NCBI GenBank assembly: GCA_010093815.1
Contig: ML996575.1
DNA: 64,000 nt
Strand: one strand, 5' to 3'
Source: Pseudovirgaria hyperparasitica
Taxonomy: Eukaryota
The notes under the pieces were generated by a model. It did not search any database. It saw nothing but the letters and a program-made list of their open reading frames with translations, and had not been told where the DNA came from. The translations under genes and the position numbers were made by a program. Shown piece after piece: positions 48,516 to 60,700 of this stretch (positions are counted from its first letter, which is position 1; the number at the start of each line of letters is the position of its first letter).

Positions 48516-49109
48516 GATTGTCAACCGGGTGATTCGAGACCGGGCCTGGATGACCTTGATCTTTATTGGGGACTATGAAAGATCGTATCTGAGGATTTGT
48601 TAGCTATTCGGCAGCTCCGAGAGGTTTTACTTCGTAAACTCCATGAGATTGTTGCACCAAAGCCTTGAAAAGGATTGACAAGGAATATACCATTATTGAC
48701 AATTTACGGCACCTGATATCGTCATCTGCGCGAGAAAATGGTGACATAGGGTTTTTACGGACGTTCAAATATGTTAGGAAGGAAATGTGCGGCAGTTCAC
48801 ATATCTTGAATAGCAAGCAGTATATCGTATCTACATGTGGCTCCAAGCGGTTGCAAAGGGACGACGTATTACTGGATGCGCAAAAAGATGGTGCGACAAT
48901 TGAGTGAGCAATTCGAGGAACAAGATTGCTTGAAGAATGCATCGCCAGAAGAAGCATAAGGTCAACCCATAGCGCCGGATTAATAGGTCAACAAGGTCAA
49001 CCGAATCTTCCACTTCTCTTGTCAAGGTACACAGACGTAGCTTAATGAAAAGATGTAAATGTCAGGCAGGTTGATTATGACATACGTGCGCATGAGCCTA
49101 CAACACATC

Positions 49110-50900
49110 TTACATGCGCCTCTTTCTCGGCTTCTTGAAAGGCCCGGATTGTGACACGGATGTGTCTGGTGTATTATTTTCTGCATTGGAAACACTGGCC
49201 TTGCTGGCCCCTCCTTGCAGCGAAGTAGAATCTTCTGTAGATTGTGCGACAGAATAGCTCTCGAGGTCCTGGGAAAGGCCAGTGTCCTGGAATTGAAGAT
49301 CGCTTTGCTGCGACATCTCGAAGCTCACGTCTGCTGGTATCTTATCGATGACCGAGCATATTCGCTTTAAATGCTCGGGCATCCAGACGTCATAGACGTT
49401 CTTAGTAAACTTATATGTCGTCCATTTCTCTTTTCCATCAAGGGCTACAAAACTAAATTCATGAATAGGATGCCGGTAGAAGGATGTTTTATCCCCCTTG
49501 ATTACTGGATAGTGCCCATAGATACGAACGTTCCGATGGTCATGCGATACCGAGAAGGCTAGAATCTGCCGGTTAAGCTCCTTTTCACGTTTAACTAGCC
49601 GGAAGAGCTCAACTATACCGCGCACCGCTAGTGTCATACTATGTGCGTTCTGCCGGTCAGCAATATCTAGCGCTGCAGCGCCGCACTTAACCTCGCATGT
49701 TAGGAACGGGAAATACATGTAGAAAGTCGCTATAAACATCGATGTATCCGTTAGCTTTCCTATAAACGGCGCCAGCCTCGCTAGCTGTTCATCCGTAAAC
49801 GCCGACCGGCCGAACCCTACCGCGTAGTCCGGTTGAGGGCGGGGCTTCAGAAGGGGGATCGAGTTATTCCAGCCTTCGTTAACGCTCTCGGTCAAACAAT
49901 CCAGGTGTTTCGCGCCATGAATAGCGAGATGACGGGCAGATGGTACAATAAGACGAGCAATGTCTTGAATGACCTTCGCTTCGTTCCTGTCCTGCACCTC
50001 CTCGCACGTACTTTCAAACAAGTCATCACTAAACAGGCTGTCCACAGGACATGGCTGGACAGCCTCGAAGAGAGATTGGCAAGTTGCTTTGCTTTCTTTC
50101 GCTATACCTTCCCGGTCCTTCTTCAGGAAACTCCCATATGTTTGGAGAAGCGTTGGAAAACCCGGATGTATATAAACGGAACTCTTCGACTCTCGTGGCT
50201 TCTGGTCGCTGGGAGTCGAAGTATCAGCTGATGAGCCAGCATCTGACTTCTTGCGCCGCACAGAAGAGCTCGACCGCTCCCTTGCGAGAATAGATGGTAT
50301 ATGGCCCAAACCGTGCTTTGCTTGTTCCATATTCGGTATGAAGAAGTCCCTCAGCCAGCGCTCCTCATTCAGGTCGCGTGCGATATATGCGCGTGTCTTG
50401 TCGTCGATTTCAAAGAGCTGCCGAGGCCACCGTCCTTCTCTTCTCCAATACTCTATTGGATCAGATTCTTCCACAGCTGAAACCTCCACGTTTCTCCCTT
50501 CCGTATCCGATGCCAGCAACGCTTGTGATCGCTTCTTATGTCCGACTATCGGCGTAGCGTCTTCGATGGCATCCTTTCGCTTTCGTTTGAGGCTTGAATT
50601 TCGCGGCGGCAATTGAGTCTGAGTTTCTTGTTATCAGTAACATAAAAAGATATAATGAACATTTGACTTACTTGCACCTCTCTTGTCGGGCACGTATGAG
50701 GACTGTCCAGCCTGTGGCACTTTACGTTGTCCAAAAGGTTGCTGCTGGGCTGTGCGATTGTGCGTGTCTTGTTGGTACCACGAGGAGTGTTTCCTGTTCA
50801 TGATCAGTGACCCGGCTGCGTCGTTTTTCAGATCTCCCAAACCTCTCGAACCAGGAGAGAGTTCAGCTCTACGGGAGAAAGCTGCTCGAGTTGTTGCCAT
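49110..50900 (-). CDS. Fungal multi-copy-type hypothetical protein with a PD-(D/E)xK nuclease-like core (DUF7924-like); one intron near 50619-50675
   Basis: PQPDYAVGF...FPFLTCEVKC...ADRQNAHS motifs and a C-terminal KKPRKRR NLS-like segment. Exon 1 (MATTRAAFSRR) joins in frame through either a GC donor (50675) with CAG (50619) or a GT donor (50671) with AAG (50627). Confidence 0.8.
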
Positions 50901-51219
50901 TTTGACGGTGGTGGATAGGATGAGGTATTCATAGGTGGCGAAGCGCTGATAGAGCGCTTAGAAGGGACAACCTTGGCCTAGCTTGCGACCTTGTTTGAGT
51001 GAGTCGTCATATTTCGAAGTGGACTGGAAGCCATTCAATTCCTCGAAAGAGAATTTAGTTGTCTGATGATCTCGTTTTAGCCAAACTAGACTGGTCCATA
51101 ACATGAGGTTCGGAGCGAGCCAACCGTCTAGCGCCGGGCTCCTTTCCTGAAACATGAACGAAGTCAGCCAATGAAAGCGGCCGTACTACTGGGACTAGGA
51201 AGCAATAGTGGGTACCATC

Positions 51220-51623
51220 TAGCGTACATGGGGTTCGAAGGTTCGAGAGAGAGCCTGTCTGTCAGACATGATGTTTTGGAGTCTAGTACCAACGAACAGC
51301 TGTGGACAAAGGAGTGTTCGAGTATTGTTAGTCAGTTATCCAGTGTGACACCGTCCCAACAACGAACATGGGGGAAACGCGAGGGTCTCGTTTGAGGGAA
51401 ATGTTGAGAGTCCATATCACCCGTTGTGGTAGGGGTATGATGAGAACATCAATTGTCATGTGTAATCCAGTCGTTATTTAGTCAAGCAAAAGGTCCGAAC
51501 GACTGTCGTGATGTGTGAGCAGTACCGACGGAGAGATCTATACGATCCGATTGGGGTCTATGGTAGCTCGATTGACATTCAGAACGACGGGTTCCGAGAC
51601 TTCTTTGGGGCGAATCTTTGCAT
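51220..51623 (+). repeat. Diverged direct repeat, copy 2
   Basis: Same blocks as copy 1. Carries a ~120 bp insertion (about 51305-51428) and lacks ~40 bp relative to copy 1. Confidence 0.85.
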
Positions 51624-53005
51624 AACTGAGAAAAAAAATACTATTTTGATGAAGCAAAAGACAACGTATATTCAGCTAGGCGATAGTCTAACAATGCTAT
51701 ATTCGTGTAAGTCTAAATCCCGAGCCGCCAACGACAAACAGTAGTCTTGCACTTCGATGGTTTCCAAGATCCGCCGATGTCGCAGATGTTATACAGGTAT
51801 ACAATCACGGTATTGGTGGATTCCTTGAGGTTTCAAGAGCATCCGTTCGAATCTGTTATCACAATATCCCAATCACTAGGTAAATACCTTTATGTGGAAA
51901 TATAACGTGTCTAGTGGTAAAACCTATACCAGAGTTAACGATATAAGCTGCTTGCGTAAACGCGTATGACTGTAAGCGTGTTGTCAGCTAGGCAGATGAC
52001 TATAACTGTGCTCGCTTGTTTGACTCCCTTTTCCGGCGGAATTCCATGGACACGGATGTAGCATATCATGCTTGGACTTGATTATTCTTGGGCTGTACAG
52101 CCCAAGGCTGAACACGGCCACCGAGAGTTGCACACTTTCGTTGCTATTTCAATACTAGGACATTGGTCTGTAGCAGGACCTTGTTAAACGTGGTTTAATA
52201 AGGATCAGCCGGCTCAACGCTGTGTACTAAATCTTGTTGTTCCATTTAATACACCACACAGTCGTACTGACTTGGTAGTTGATTGATGGGAAGGACAAGA
52301 GTTTAATGATAGGGATGAAGGATGGAGGATGAGTGCTAAATTTGAGCTAATATGTAAATGGACTAGCTCCAATTCAGTCCACCTGTCGGCTATGCATGGA
52401 TTCTCTCTGTTGTATGTCCTTGCAACCAGACCTCTGCACCATGGCTGATGCTCACTTACAGCAGCTTGATCGATGATAACGAGGTTTCTTTGAGCTTCGG
52501 TCGTCACTGTTTTCTCTGCCTAGCCACGATTTTTGCGCTCATTGCAAGTAAGAGCCGTTGTGTACACAAGCCTTATCTGATTCAATTGTACAGCGTGTCC
52601 TAGTACTGGTCCATGTATACGGCCTCCATTCGATGACTAACAGAGGTGCGAATAACGAAGACAACGTTACGTGATATCTGTATCTCAGAATCAATTATCG
52701 AATTGAAGGGAACCTATATGAGATATAATCAATGGTCGTTCAGTGTGGAGGGACACATGTGTTTGCTGAAAGCCGCGAATCAAGACTTAAAGAGCTGTGC
52801 TGGAATATGATAATGCCCCTTCAATGAGCATTCTTGATGCATCTCCGATGACTGTAGACGCCTGACCATGCGCGTAAATACTAACCGCATTTCGCCAACA
52901 CCACGACGTAGATCAAGCCTGGAAGTCTCATCGATGATACTGTTCGACTCTATATCTCCACCTACTCCAAATTAGCAAAGTTAGCAGTAAAATTAATCCT
53001 CCGAC

Positions 53006-53671
53006 TTACTCCTGAGCAGCAGACATAGACCTGGTATCCGAGTGCTTTGGCTTGTGCGACTCTTTGGCCTTCTTCTCGGCCTCAGCAGTAGCCTTCTTCT
53101 CAGCCTCAGCAGTAGCCTTCTTCTCGGCATCGGCAACAGCATCGCTCATCTCCTGCTGTTTGACCTGCCGGTATCCTGCATACCCCAACGCACAGCTCAC
53201 AAGCCAAAGCATTGCACCGACGAACGCAAACGCCAAGTCTGCTTTCCATTTCCCGCAGAACCCGCCGTCTTGTATGTCACTCCAGGTAAATGCTGCCCCG
53301 CAGACTTGTATATCGTTCAAGTACTTGACGAGGAGTCCAAAGGCAACAAACCACATGCCGGACCATAAGAAGTCGACCCAGAATGGCAAATGCATGTTGA
53401 TGCTCTGAGGTATCGTAATCAGGGATACGAACAAACAGAAGATGCTCAGGAATATTGAAACTAAAGAGAGAACGACGATGTAGATTTCCGTGTCTTTCGG
53501 TCCAATGCGCCATCGATCCCAGTAGTTGAGGAAGTAACATGTGAGACCAAGGGTAACCTACATGAATCAGCCGTCGTCTTCACCAGTTCTCACGAAGGGC
53601 ATGCTTACCGTAGCGCAAACAAACTCGCCGAATCTGAGCAGGATCTTCAGGTCGCGCGAAAATTCAACCAT
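53006..53671 (-). CDS. MARVEL-domain 4-TM membrane protein (intron 53608-53558)
   Basis: LLRFGEFVCAT|VTLGL, DFLWSGMWFVAFGLLV, C...W......G.CGKWKADLAFAF. Tail contains AEKKATAE repeats. Confidence 0.85.
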
Positions 53672-54565
53672 GGCAGGAATATTTCTTTGTTGCTATACAA
53701 GTTGGCAGCCAGTCAGATATAGCAACGAGCAGGATGTGTATATCCTGGAGAACACGACAGACAGCGTCTCAAGCGAAGCTTTTAGTATTTACACACCATG
53801 GTGACTGGAGTTCCTGGGTGCATTCCGGGTGGCGTGCATTGCGTCGAATAGGTTACACATCCCTTGCTTGGAAGATTGGAATGTTCAGCCTCCGGCAGCC
53901 TTCCATTATTATGAGCAATATCGAAGAATATGGGCAAATAAGCTTATTCTGAAGGTCTAGATCATGACCGCACGACCTGTTGACTTGTTGATACCAACGC
54001 ACACGGCCTACGATTTCTGCGTTTGTGAATTAATATGTACTGCTACGTACTACACCCTCTTGTGCCACTGATTCTGCTAAGCCAGAGCTGCTTAAGTTTG
54101 AGGCAGGCAGAAAGACCAGCAAGGATATCAGTGCTTCAAAAACTAAGAAGCCTTTGCCAGCTGCGCGCGTGTGGCACAGTTTTGTCTACGAGAGAGGATC
54201 GCAATACCCTCACAACAATGACTCCAATACAATCCTAAGAACAATTAGACTTATCACGCGCCTTGCATAACTTAGCTTCTCGTACTCACTTTGCCTATTG
54301 TAAAGAGACACAACATACTTGACCTTGCTATAAATATCTGATATTGCTTGTAGTCTGTCGAAATCGGTCTATAATCTATAATCTATTTTCTATTTTCTAT
54401 TTTCTATTGTCTAATGTTTTGGAAGTCTAAAAACGGCAATGAAAGTCAAAACAAAGGAGACTTCCATCACATTACCCCGGTCCCTACACTCCAACCCGCA
54501 CAATAGTGCGTCCATTCCCGCTGCGCATCCCCAAATCCTACCGCCTCAATTACAAGCTGTATAAC

Positions 54566-55624
54566 TCACCCTAAAGCCTCTGTAGGAATCTTCTTCTCCG
54601 AAATCGACGCATCCGCGTTCCGTGTATATGCAAAAACGTCACTTCCGCCATTCCAAAGTAGTTGCGGCGCCGCTGTCGCCGCAACTGCTCCGCCAATCCT
54701 ATACCACGGCCCAAACGCTCCATTCACAGACGTCTTCGCCCAGAGCACATTGCCCTCGTGGCTAATCGCAGCAAGTGTGATCTTATCGTTCCACGCAACT
54801 GCTGCAGGCTTGTACATTCCACCTTCGCCTTGCAACTCCCAGGATCCCCAAGTCTCATTTGTCAGAATGCGACTGTTTACATTATTCGTGCGGTCGCGTG
54901 CGAAGATGGTGATGCTGTTGGGACCGTTGCTGACAGGGACAATCTCTTCGGCGGCGTCACCGCCAATGTCGTTCCATCTGGTATGGCTTGGGCTCCAGGA
55001 CCAGCCCTCGCTGGCCGTGCCTGTCATCGTCTTGTGGTAGACTTTGTTGTTGTGCCCACGGATAAACACGTCGACGCGACCATCACCCGACATGACGGCT
55101 GTTGGCGAGCTTACTGCTTGTCCACCAATGTTGAACCAGTCACTCCACTTCGTGCCGTCGTAGACCTTGTGCAGAATCTGGTTAGTGACGGCGTCGCGGC
55201 CGAAGACGTCCACGCGCTCCCTGTTATTGCGGAATAGCGAGACGATGCTGAGCTCGCCGATGAACTGACCGCCGAGCGATTCGCGGTTCCAGCCTTGATT
55301 GCCATTTGGATCACGGTTCCAATAGTAGTGCTTGGCCTCGTTCTTGGAGCCACGGCCAATGATGTTGGCACGGTTGAAACCTAGGTCGAGGGCGGAGATA
55401 TCGCCGATGAATGACTCGCCAATAGTCTGGAAATAGCCAGGAGACCAGCCGGAACCGATGTTCCAGCGTTGAAGGAGGGAGTTGTACTGGTCAAGGCTGA
55501 GAATATTCGCGGAGTTTGGACCGCTGGAGCACAAGATGAAGTTACCGCGGTGTTCGCCGCCTAGGTTGGTGACCTGAGCCATAGTGGTGAGAGCAAGAAT
55601 GGGGAGTAGAAATGCTTTGAGCAT
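54566..55624 (-). CDS. Secreted seven-repeat beta-propeller, PLL-like (fucose-binding-type) lectin candidate
   Basis: Signal-like MLKAFLLPILALTTMAQ. Seven ~47-aa repeats of the form GG....P.AV....RVDVF.RG.NN..YHK......W..W..I. Intronless, with TATATAAA at 55760-55753. Confidence 0.75.
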   Translation of the reverse strand: MLKAFLLPILALTTMAQVTNLGGEHRGNFILCSSGPNSANILSLDQYNSLLQRWNIGSGWSPGYFQTIGESFIGDISALDLGFNRANIIGRGSKNEAKHYYWNRDPNGNQGWNRESLGGQFIGELSIVSLFRNNRERVDVFGRDAVTNQILHKVYDGTKWSDWFNIGGQAVSSPTAVMSGDGRVDVFIRGHNNKVYHKTMTGTASEGWSWSPSHTRWNDIGGDAAEEIVPVSNGPNSITIFARDRTNNVNSRILTNETWGSWELQGEGGMYKPAAVAWNDKITLAAISHEGNVLWAKTSVNGAFGPWYRIGGAVAATAAPQLLWNGGSDVFAYTRNADASISEKKIPTEALG

Positions 55625-57734
55625 GGTAGATAGGATGTACAAGCAGATTAACGAAGTCTATTCAAAGATTTGAAGATGGGGTAGAGATTGAATGACTGGA
55701 AAAGAAGCTGTAGTAGACCTGTGTGAGCTGAAAGTGTCTGGAAAGTGAGATGTTTATATAGCCTTTATGGAATGGTGATCTGGGCTATTCAGAGTGTAAA
55801 CACGAGCGACCAGACGAAGTAACATTGTTGGTAAGATCAAGCCACTGGTGACTGTGTTAAGGACCTTCGATATGTAATGACAGTAATTGACTAAAAGCCC
55901 ACAATGATAGAACACTGGGAAATAGCAAATTAGAAGTATCATTCTCGGGAAGTGCGTTTGGACAAGATGTGTTGACGATACCGACATGCTCGTATATGCA
56001 AGATCTGACAAATGGATTGTTGTAGTGGCGCGAAGCCTAGTTAGTAATGGGGTTCTTGAAGTGTAACCCAAGCAAAGCCACGAAATGGATCAAAAAACGT
56101 AAGTTATCGGCCAGTGGTATACCATGTTCGGAACTTCTTGAAAGATTCAGGAAACGCTGATATTTGAGGAGTAATTCACACAAGCAATTTCCTGGAAATG
56201 ACTAACAGGTTCAGACACAAGGTGACAGTCTTGTTAAATTGCATGATGCAAACCAAAAATCGAGAAGAACGCCATGATCTCATCAGTTGCAAAACATATG
56301 ACTTAGAGCAGTATGCTGAACTCGAGAGGAGAGAGAATTCTAGCATGAGAGAGTACGTGATGAATAAGAATGAGTTGCTTGTTGACATTGCCAGTCAGGC
56401 AAATGCACGTGCGCATAGCTTACAAGGAGAGGCTTGCCGACTTCGACTTAACACACCTGAACAAGAACTGTGAGCGCTCAAGTTTTTGTTTCTGCTGGTT
56501 CAAGTCTTCCGTTGGCACAGCCTCAGTTCGACTTCCTACGGACCTGTTGGCATGTATGAGCTCGGTAGGAATCGAGCATGGAAATGAGAATTTGATTCTG
56601 GTATCAGCTGGGCTTGGCCATTCGAATTAATCTGTTCTTACAGCGCAAGTACAGTCTTCGAGGACAAACGGAGTGTAATTGCCCTTCCGCGCTGTTTCTG
56701 GCTGAGGCTGGTAATGCCATAGCCACAAGAGGCCGTCGCAGTTGTCGTCGCAGTCGTTAGGCGTCATATCCAAGCTGTTGGTGTAGAGACGGATCCGGTA
56801 GCCTCAGACGTACTATTGCTCCATGCGAGGTGTGAGGCAAAAGTCGTTGTGTTTCATCGGGCCCATTCAATCCTAATGGAGGAGGCTAAGGCAGAAAAGG
56901 AGGCCTTGATGTATTTTTAGATGCGTGCAGCAGGCCTAACGTTGGTTTTTTTGGTCACGCATGGGCTGCCTTAGGCTCTTTGCGGGCCAGAATAGTAAGC
57001 CTTATGGCCTGATAGTGAGAAGATAGTCATATGGAAATCTCAGAGTAGAGCGCGTTCGATGATCTTGCGGATATTGTCGTGCGAATTGAGCGACCTCCGT
57101 GAGTGCAGGTCTTCACCTACTTTACATGCGGGAATGCCACTGACTCGTCAAAATGCTCAGCCTCGACCCGCTCTAGGGGCCAAATCCAGATCCAACAACC
57201 CCCAGCCTCTTGCCCATCAACAACATACAGTTCCATACATTCCAACAGCATGGCCTTGGATCTTCATGTCGCAAGGCATGTCGTTGATTCATCGCTTGCC
57301 TTACATACTATGGTTTTGGCATTTTTGCACGAATTGTGCCTTCTTGTTTCAAGACCAGCTCCCTGCATAATCGATGCGGCACATACGCTCCCATGATTCA
57401 TCGCGTGTACTTGGGATGCTATGCCATGGGTGAAAACAACCGCCTTGACTTTAGCCCGATCATACACTTCCTTCATGCACGGCCCACATTCATATTCCTT
57501 TGGTTACCCACTACGTTGTGGCTGCGACATGGGACTATTGGCTGCCTTCCATAGTGTCAACTGTTGCCGTCCACTTTAGGGCTGCTCGTCAAGGCGGCAA
57601 AGAAGCCTCAGGGATCCTCCGTGCGCTGTACCTACATATTATGGCCGCGACAACTTGAGCCGCCGCCCCATCTTGTCCTACGATCTTTTTGCGCCGCATG
57701 GAAGTGGCGGACACACAATCGTTGCAAGGTACTT

Positions 57735-60700
57735 ATGGCTGGAGTCTTTGGTTTTGATAATAAATCTATCCCATATTCTGTAATAGAAGAGACCGGTAGG
57801 ATCTATTACATTGGCTATCTAGACAAACGTGCTGACGAGGGCACAGATGGATCGGACGCACGAGAACCACCACGAACGAACGATCCGTCGCTGTCAGGAG
57901 GCCTACGAAGAGCACCATCAAATAAGTCTGAGACGAGATCATTGTTCAGTTTCGCCCGATGGCCAAGCGGGATAAGCAGGTATCGAGCGCGAACGTCGTC
58001 CGTCGACAATGGCCTGGCTTCACCAGTCAGCACCGAGGCTGCTAGTGATGATGGAAGTCGACGATCGATATGGAGTCCAACAGTCAAAATGTCCCCTTTC
58101 TTCATGGCGCGGTTCAGCTCAGCACGAGAGGTTCGGTTCGCACGTGTTATGGGAGCACGTACTGTGACTTCACACAGTCGTAGATCAGACCAAAACGAGG
58201 ACGCAGACGTCACCCTACCTACGATTGAGCCAGGACCGACGGTGACAGCACCCATATCTCGGACGGAACGTCGGTCCCAGTTTGAAGAGAAGCACGAGCA
58301 TTCCGCCCGTCGGAGTGCGTTCCCTCCGTCAACAACACCAAGCGATCCACTTGTGCCTCAGATTCTATTGCCTTATGGACAGCACTATCGCATGTGGAAC
58401 TCGAAATGGTTGCGTCGAAGAATGATATGGGGCTTTTTTCTCTTTTTTACTTTTTCTTTCATCGTCGTCATGGTACTCTATGGGTTGTCTAATTCGAATC
58501 AAGGCATCAGTACACCATCGTGGAGCGCCTATTACGGCTGGACTATTGGACCAGCACTAATATTCGTAATCGTAACTTCATTCTGGAGACTAGTTGATCT
58601 GGACTGCAGAATATTGGCGCCATGGGAAGACATGAGACAAGGATCTTCGCCTGCAGCGAGGTCATTGCTTGCCGATTACACTTCACCGATCCTCCCGGTA
58701 GTCTTCTGGAGGGCTGTCAAGAACCACCACTGGGCCGTGGTCTTTTCAAGTCTCGTACACGCCCTACTGACTTTGACGACGGTCTTCTCAACTGGGCTAT
58801 TCATGTTAGAACCAACACGCATGTCCACGATCCCTGGCTCGCCAGAACAAACCGTCAATCGACTACAAGTAAAACGCCTCTCGGTTGGATTAATAGGGAC
58901 ATCACTTCTGGTAATGGCCATATCGAGCGCCTTGCTTGCCATATTTCGGCCGCGCGAAGCTGTCTCATGCGACCCTAATTCTATTGGAGCCATTGCATGT
59001 CTGCTCGCCAGCAGCCCTGCCGTCAAAAGCCGTCTTTCCGGTCTGTCAGCATGCGGACCTAGAGAGTTCTACAACGAATTGAGGTTTGACTCGTACCGTT
59101 GCAAGAGCAACGGCAACGACGTTCCCGAATTCGAAGTCTATCCTACACAAAGGTCCTCGAAAGAGACGTACAAGTCGAGATTTCAGCATGAGGTAGTGTG
59201 GTGGAGGCCAAGCGCTTTCTACCTAGCAAACACATTAATCACCATTATTGCCCCTATAATCATAATCGCGATACTCGAAGGTGTACAACGAGTAAGCGAT
59301 TCGAAGGGTGGGATTGTTAACATCAATTCGTCCAGCGAGGCTCACGTATTTGCGGCATACATCCCTGTACTGCTGATGGTGGCGATTCTAGGCCTCTTCT
59401 CGAGTTTAGACTTTGGTGTGTCCGTCACATCTCCATTCATTTCACTGAAGTCCCAGGCGAGTGCTCGTGCCAGCAACACGATCATGGTCGACTTGATCGC
59501 GCGTTTCCGCCCCGCCAGCCTGTTCAAATCAATAAGGAACAGGAACTTTGTCCACGTGCTTTCAGTCACCTGCGTTGTGCTAGCGAGTTGGCTCTCACTC
59601 GCCGCATCTGGTCTATACAGTGCACGCACGGTGAATGACGGTCTAGAAACGCAGTCTATCACAATGGCGGACAGCTTCAACTTATCATTGACCGGCAGCA
59701 TCTCGCAGGACGATAAAGGTGCGGGTCAAAGGACAGCTGCCCTACTCTCTGATAACTCTACTTTCTCTAGGTGGACTTATGGAAATCTTGCCTTTCCGAG
59801 GCTGGAGGAGCAGCTACAAAGACGTTCTGAAATGTCTGGAGTCGCGAACGTCCAGGTGCCGGCCACACGTGCCGCCCTCAACTGCACCAAGATCCCTATG
59901 GACCAGATAAGCGTTGAGTTTTCGACTTCACTTCTAATCAACACCACTCTTCCCTGGATGTGCGATACTCCCGCGTCGGCACAAATGGAATCCTGGGTAC
60001 AAGAGTTCTGGTTCAACCCGCCTCCAGAAGGCTCGAAGCTGTATTTTGGCAACGCTGACCAGATGTTCTGGAACAGTAGTGGCACGGTCCTGAGTACGGG
60101 AGTAGACCTGAACTACTACTTCGATCCTACATGGGGCTGTCCCAGCTTCGCATTGACTCTTGGAACGATCAATTTCCAGCCCAACCGGACAACAGGAGCA
60201 CTGAGCGCTTCCGTCGAGGACCTGAGCATAGCAGTGTGCTCGCAACACATCGAGACCGTCGAGACCGACGTCGAACTCGACCTCTCCACCATGACTATCA
60301 ACACCCATCCCAACCCTCCAAAGGCCCACGAAGACACCGTCACCACACTCTCAAGCAACACCTCTCCACCATCCCAAAACTTCGGCTACCCCGTAAACAC
60401 CCTCCTCTCCGCCCTCGAAGACGCCAACAACACAACGAACCGCGCTCTCTCACCATTCTTCCGCGCCCTCGAATGGCGCCACAACGGCGCCCACCTCGCC
60501 TCCTACACAGGCGCCGCAAACTCAGACAAACTCATCGCCGCCGCAAACACCATCTACTCGCTCTTCATCGCCCAGCTCCTCGACGCAAACGCCCGCGTCC
60601 CCTGGACGCCCTCTCCCGCCCCTCTCCATCCCCGCACCACACACACAAACCAAACACTCCCCATCCAACTCCCAAGCCTCAACGAACCCACACATCTCCG

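Noticed and set aside
48384..48578. Similar peptides (QNERLRDFFGVN vs QNDGFRDFFGAN at 51508-51744) suggesting the direct repeats are coding
   Set aside because: Substitutions fall on all codon positions and indels break the frame, so the similarity is explained by DNA duplication.
56198..57554. Short ORFs between the lectin and the DUF3433 gene
   Set aside because: No domain or splice support; cannot be called from sequence alone.
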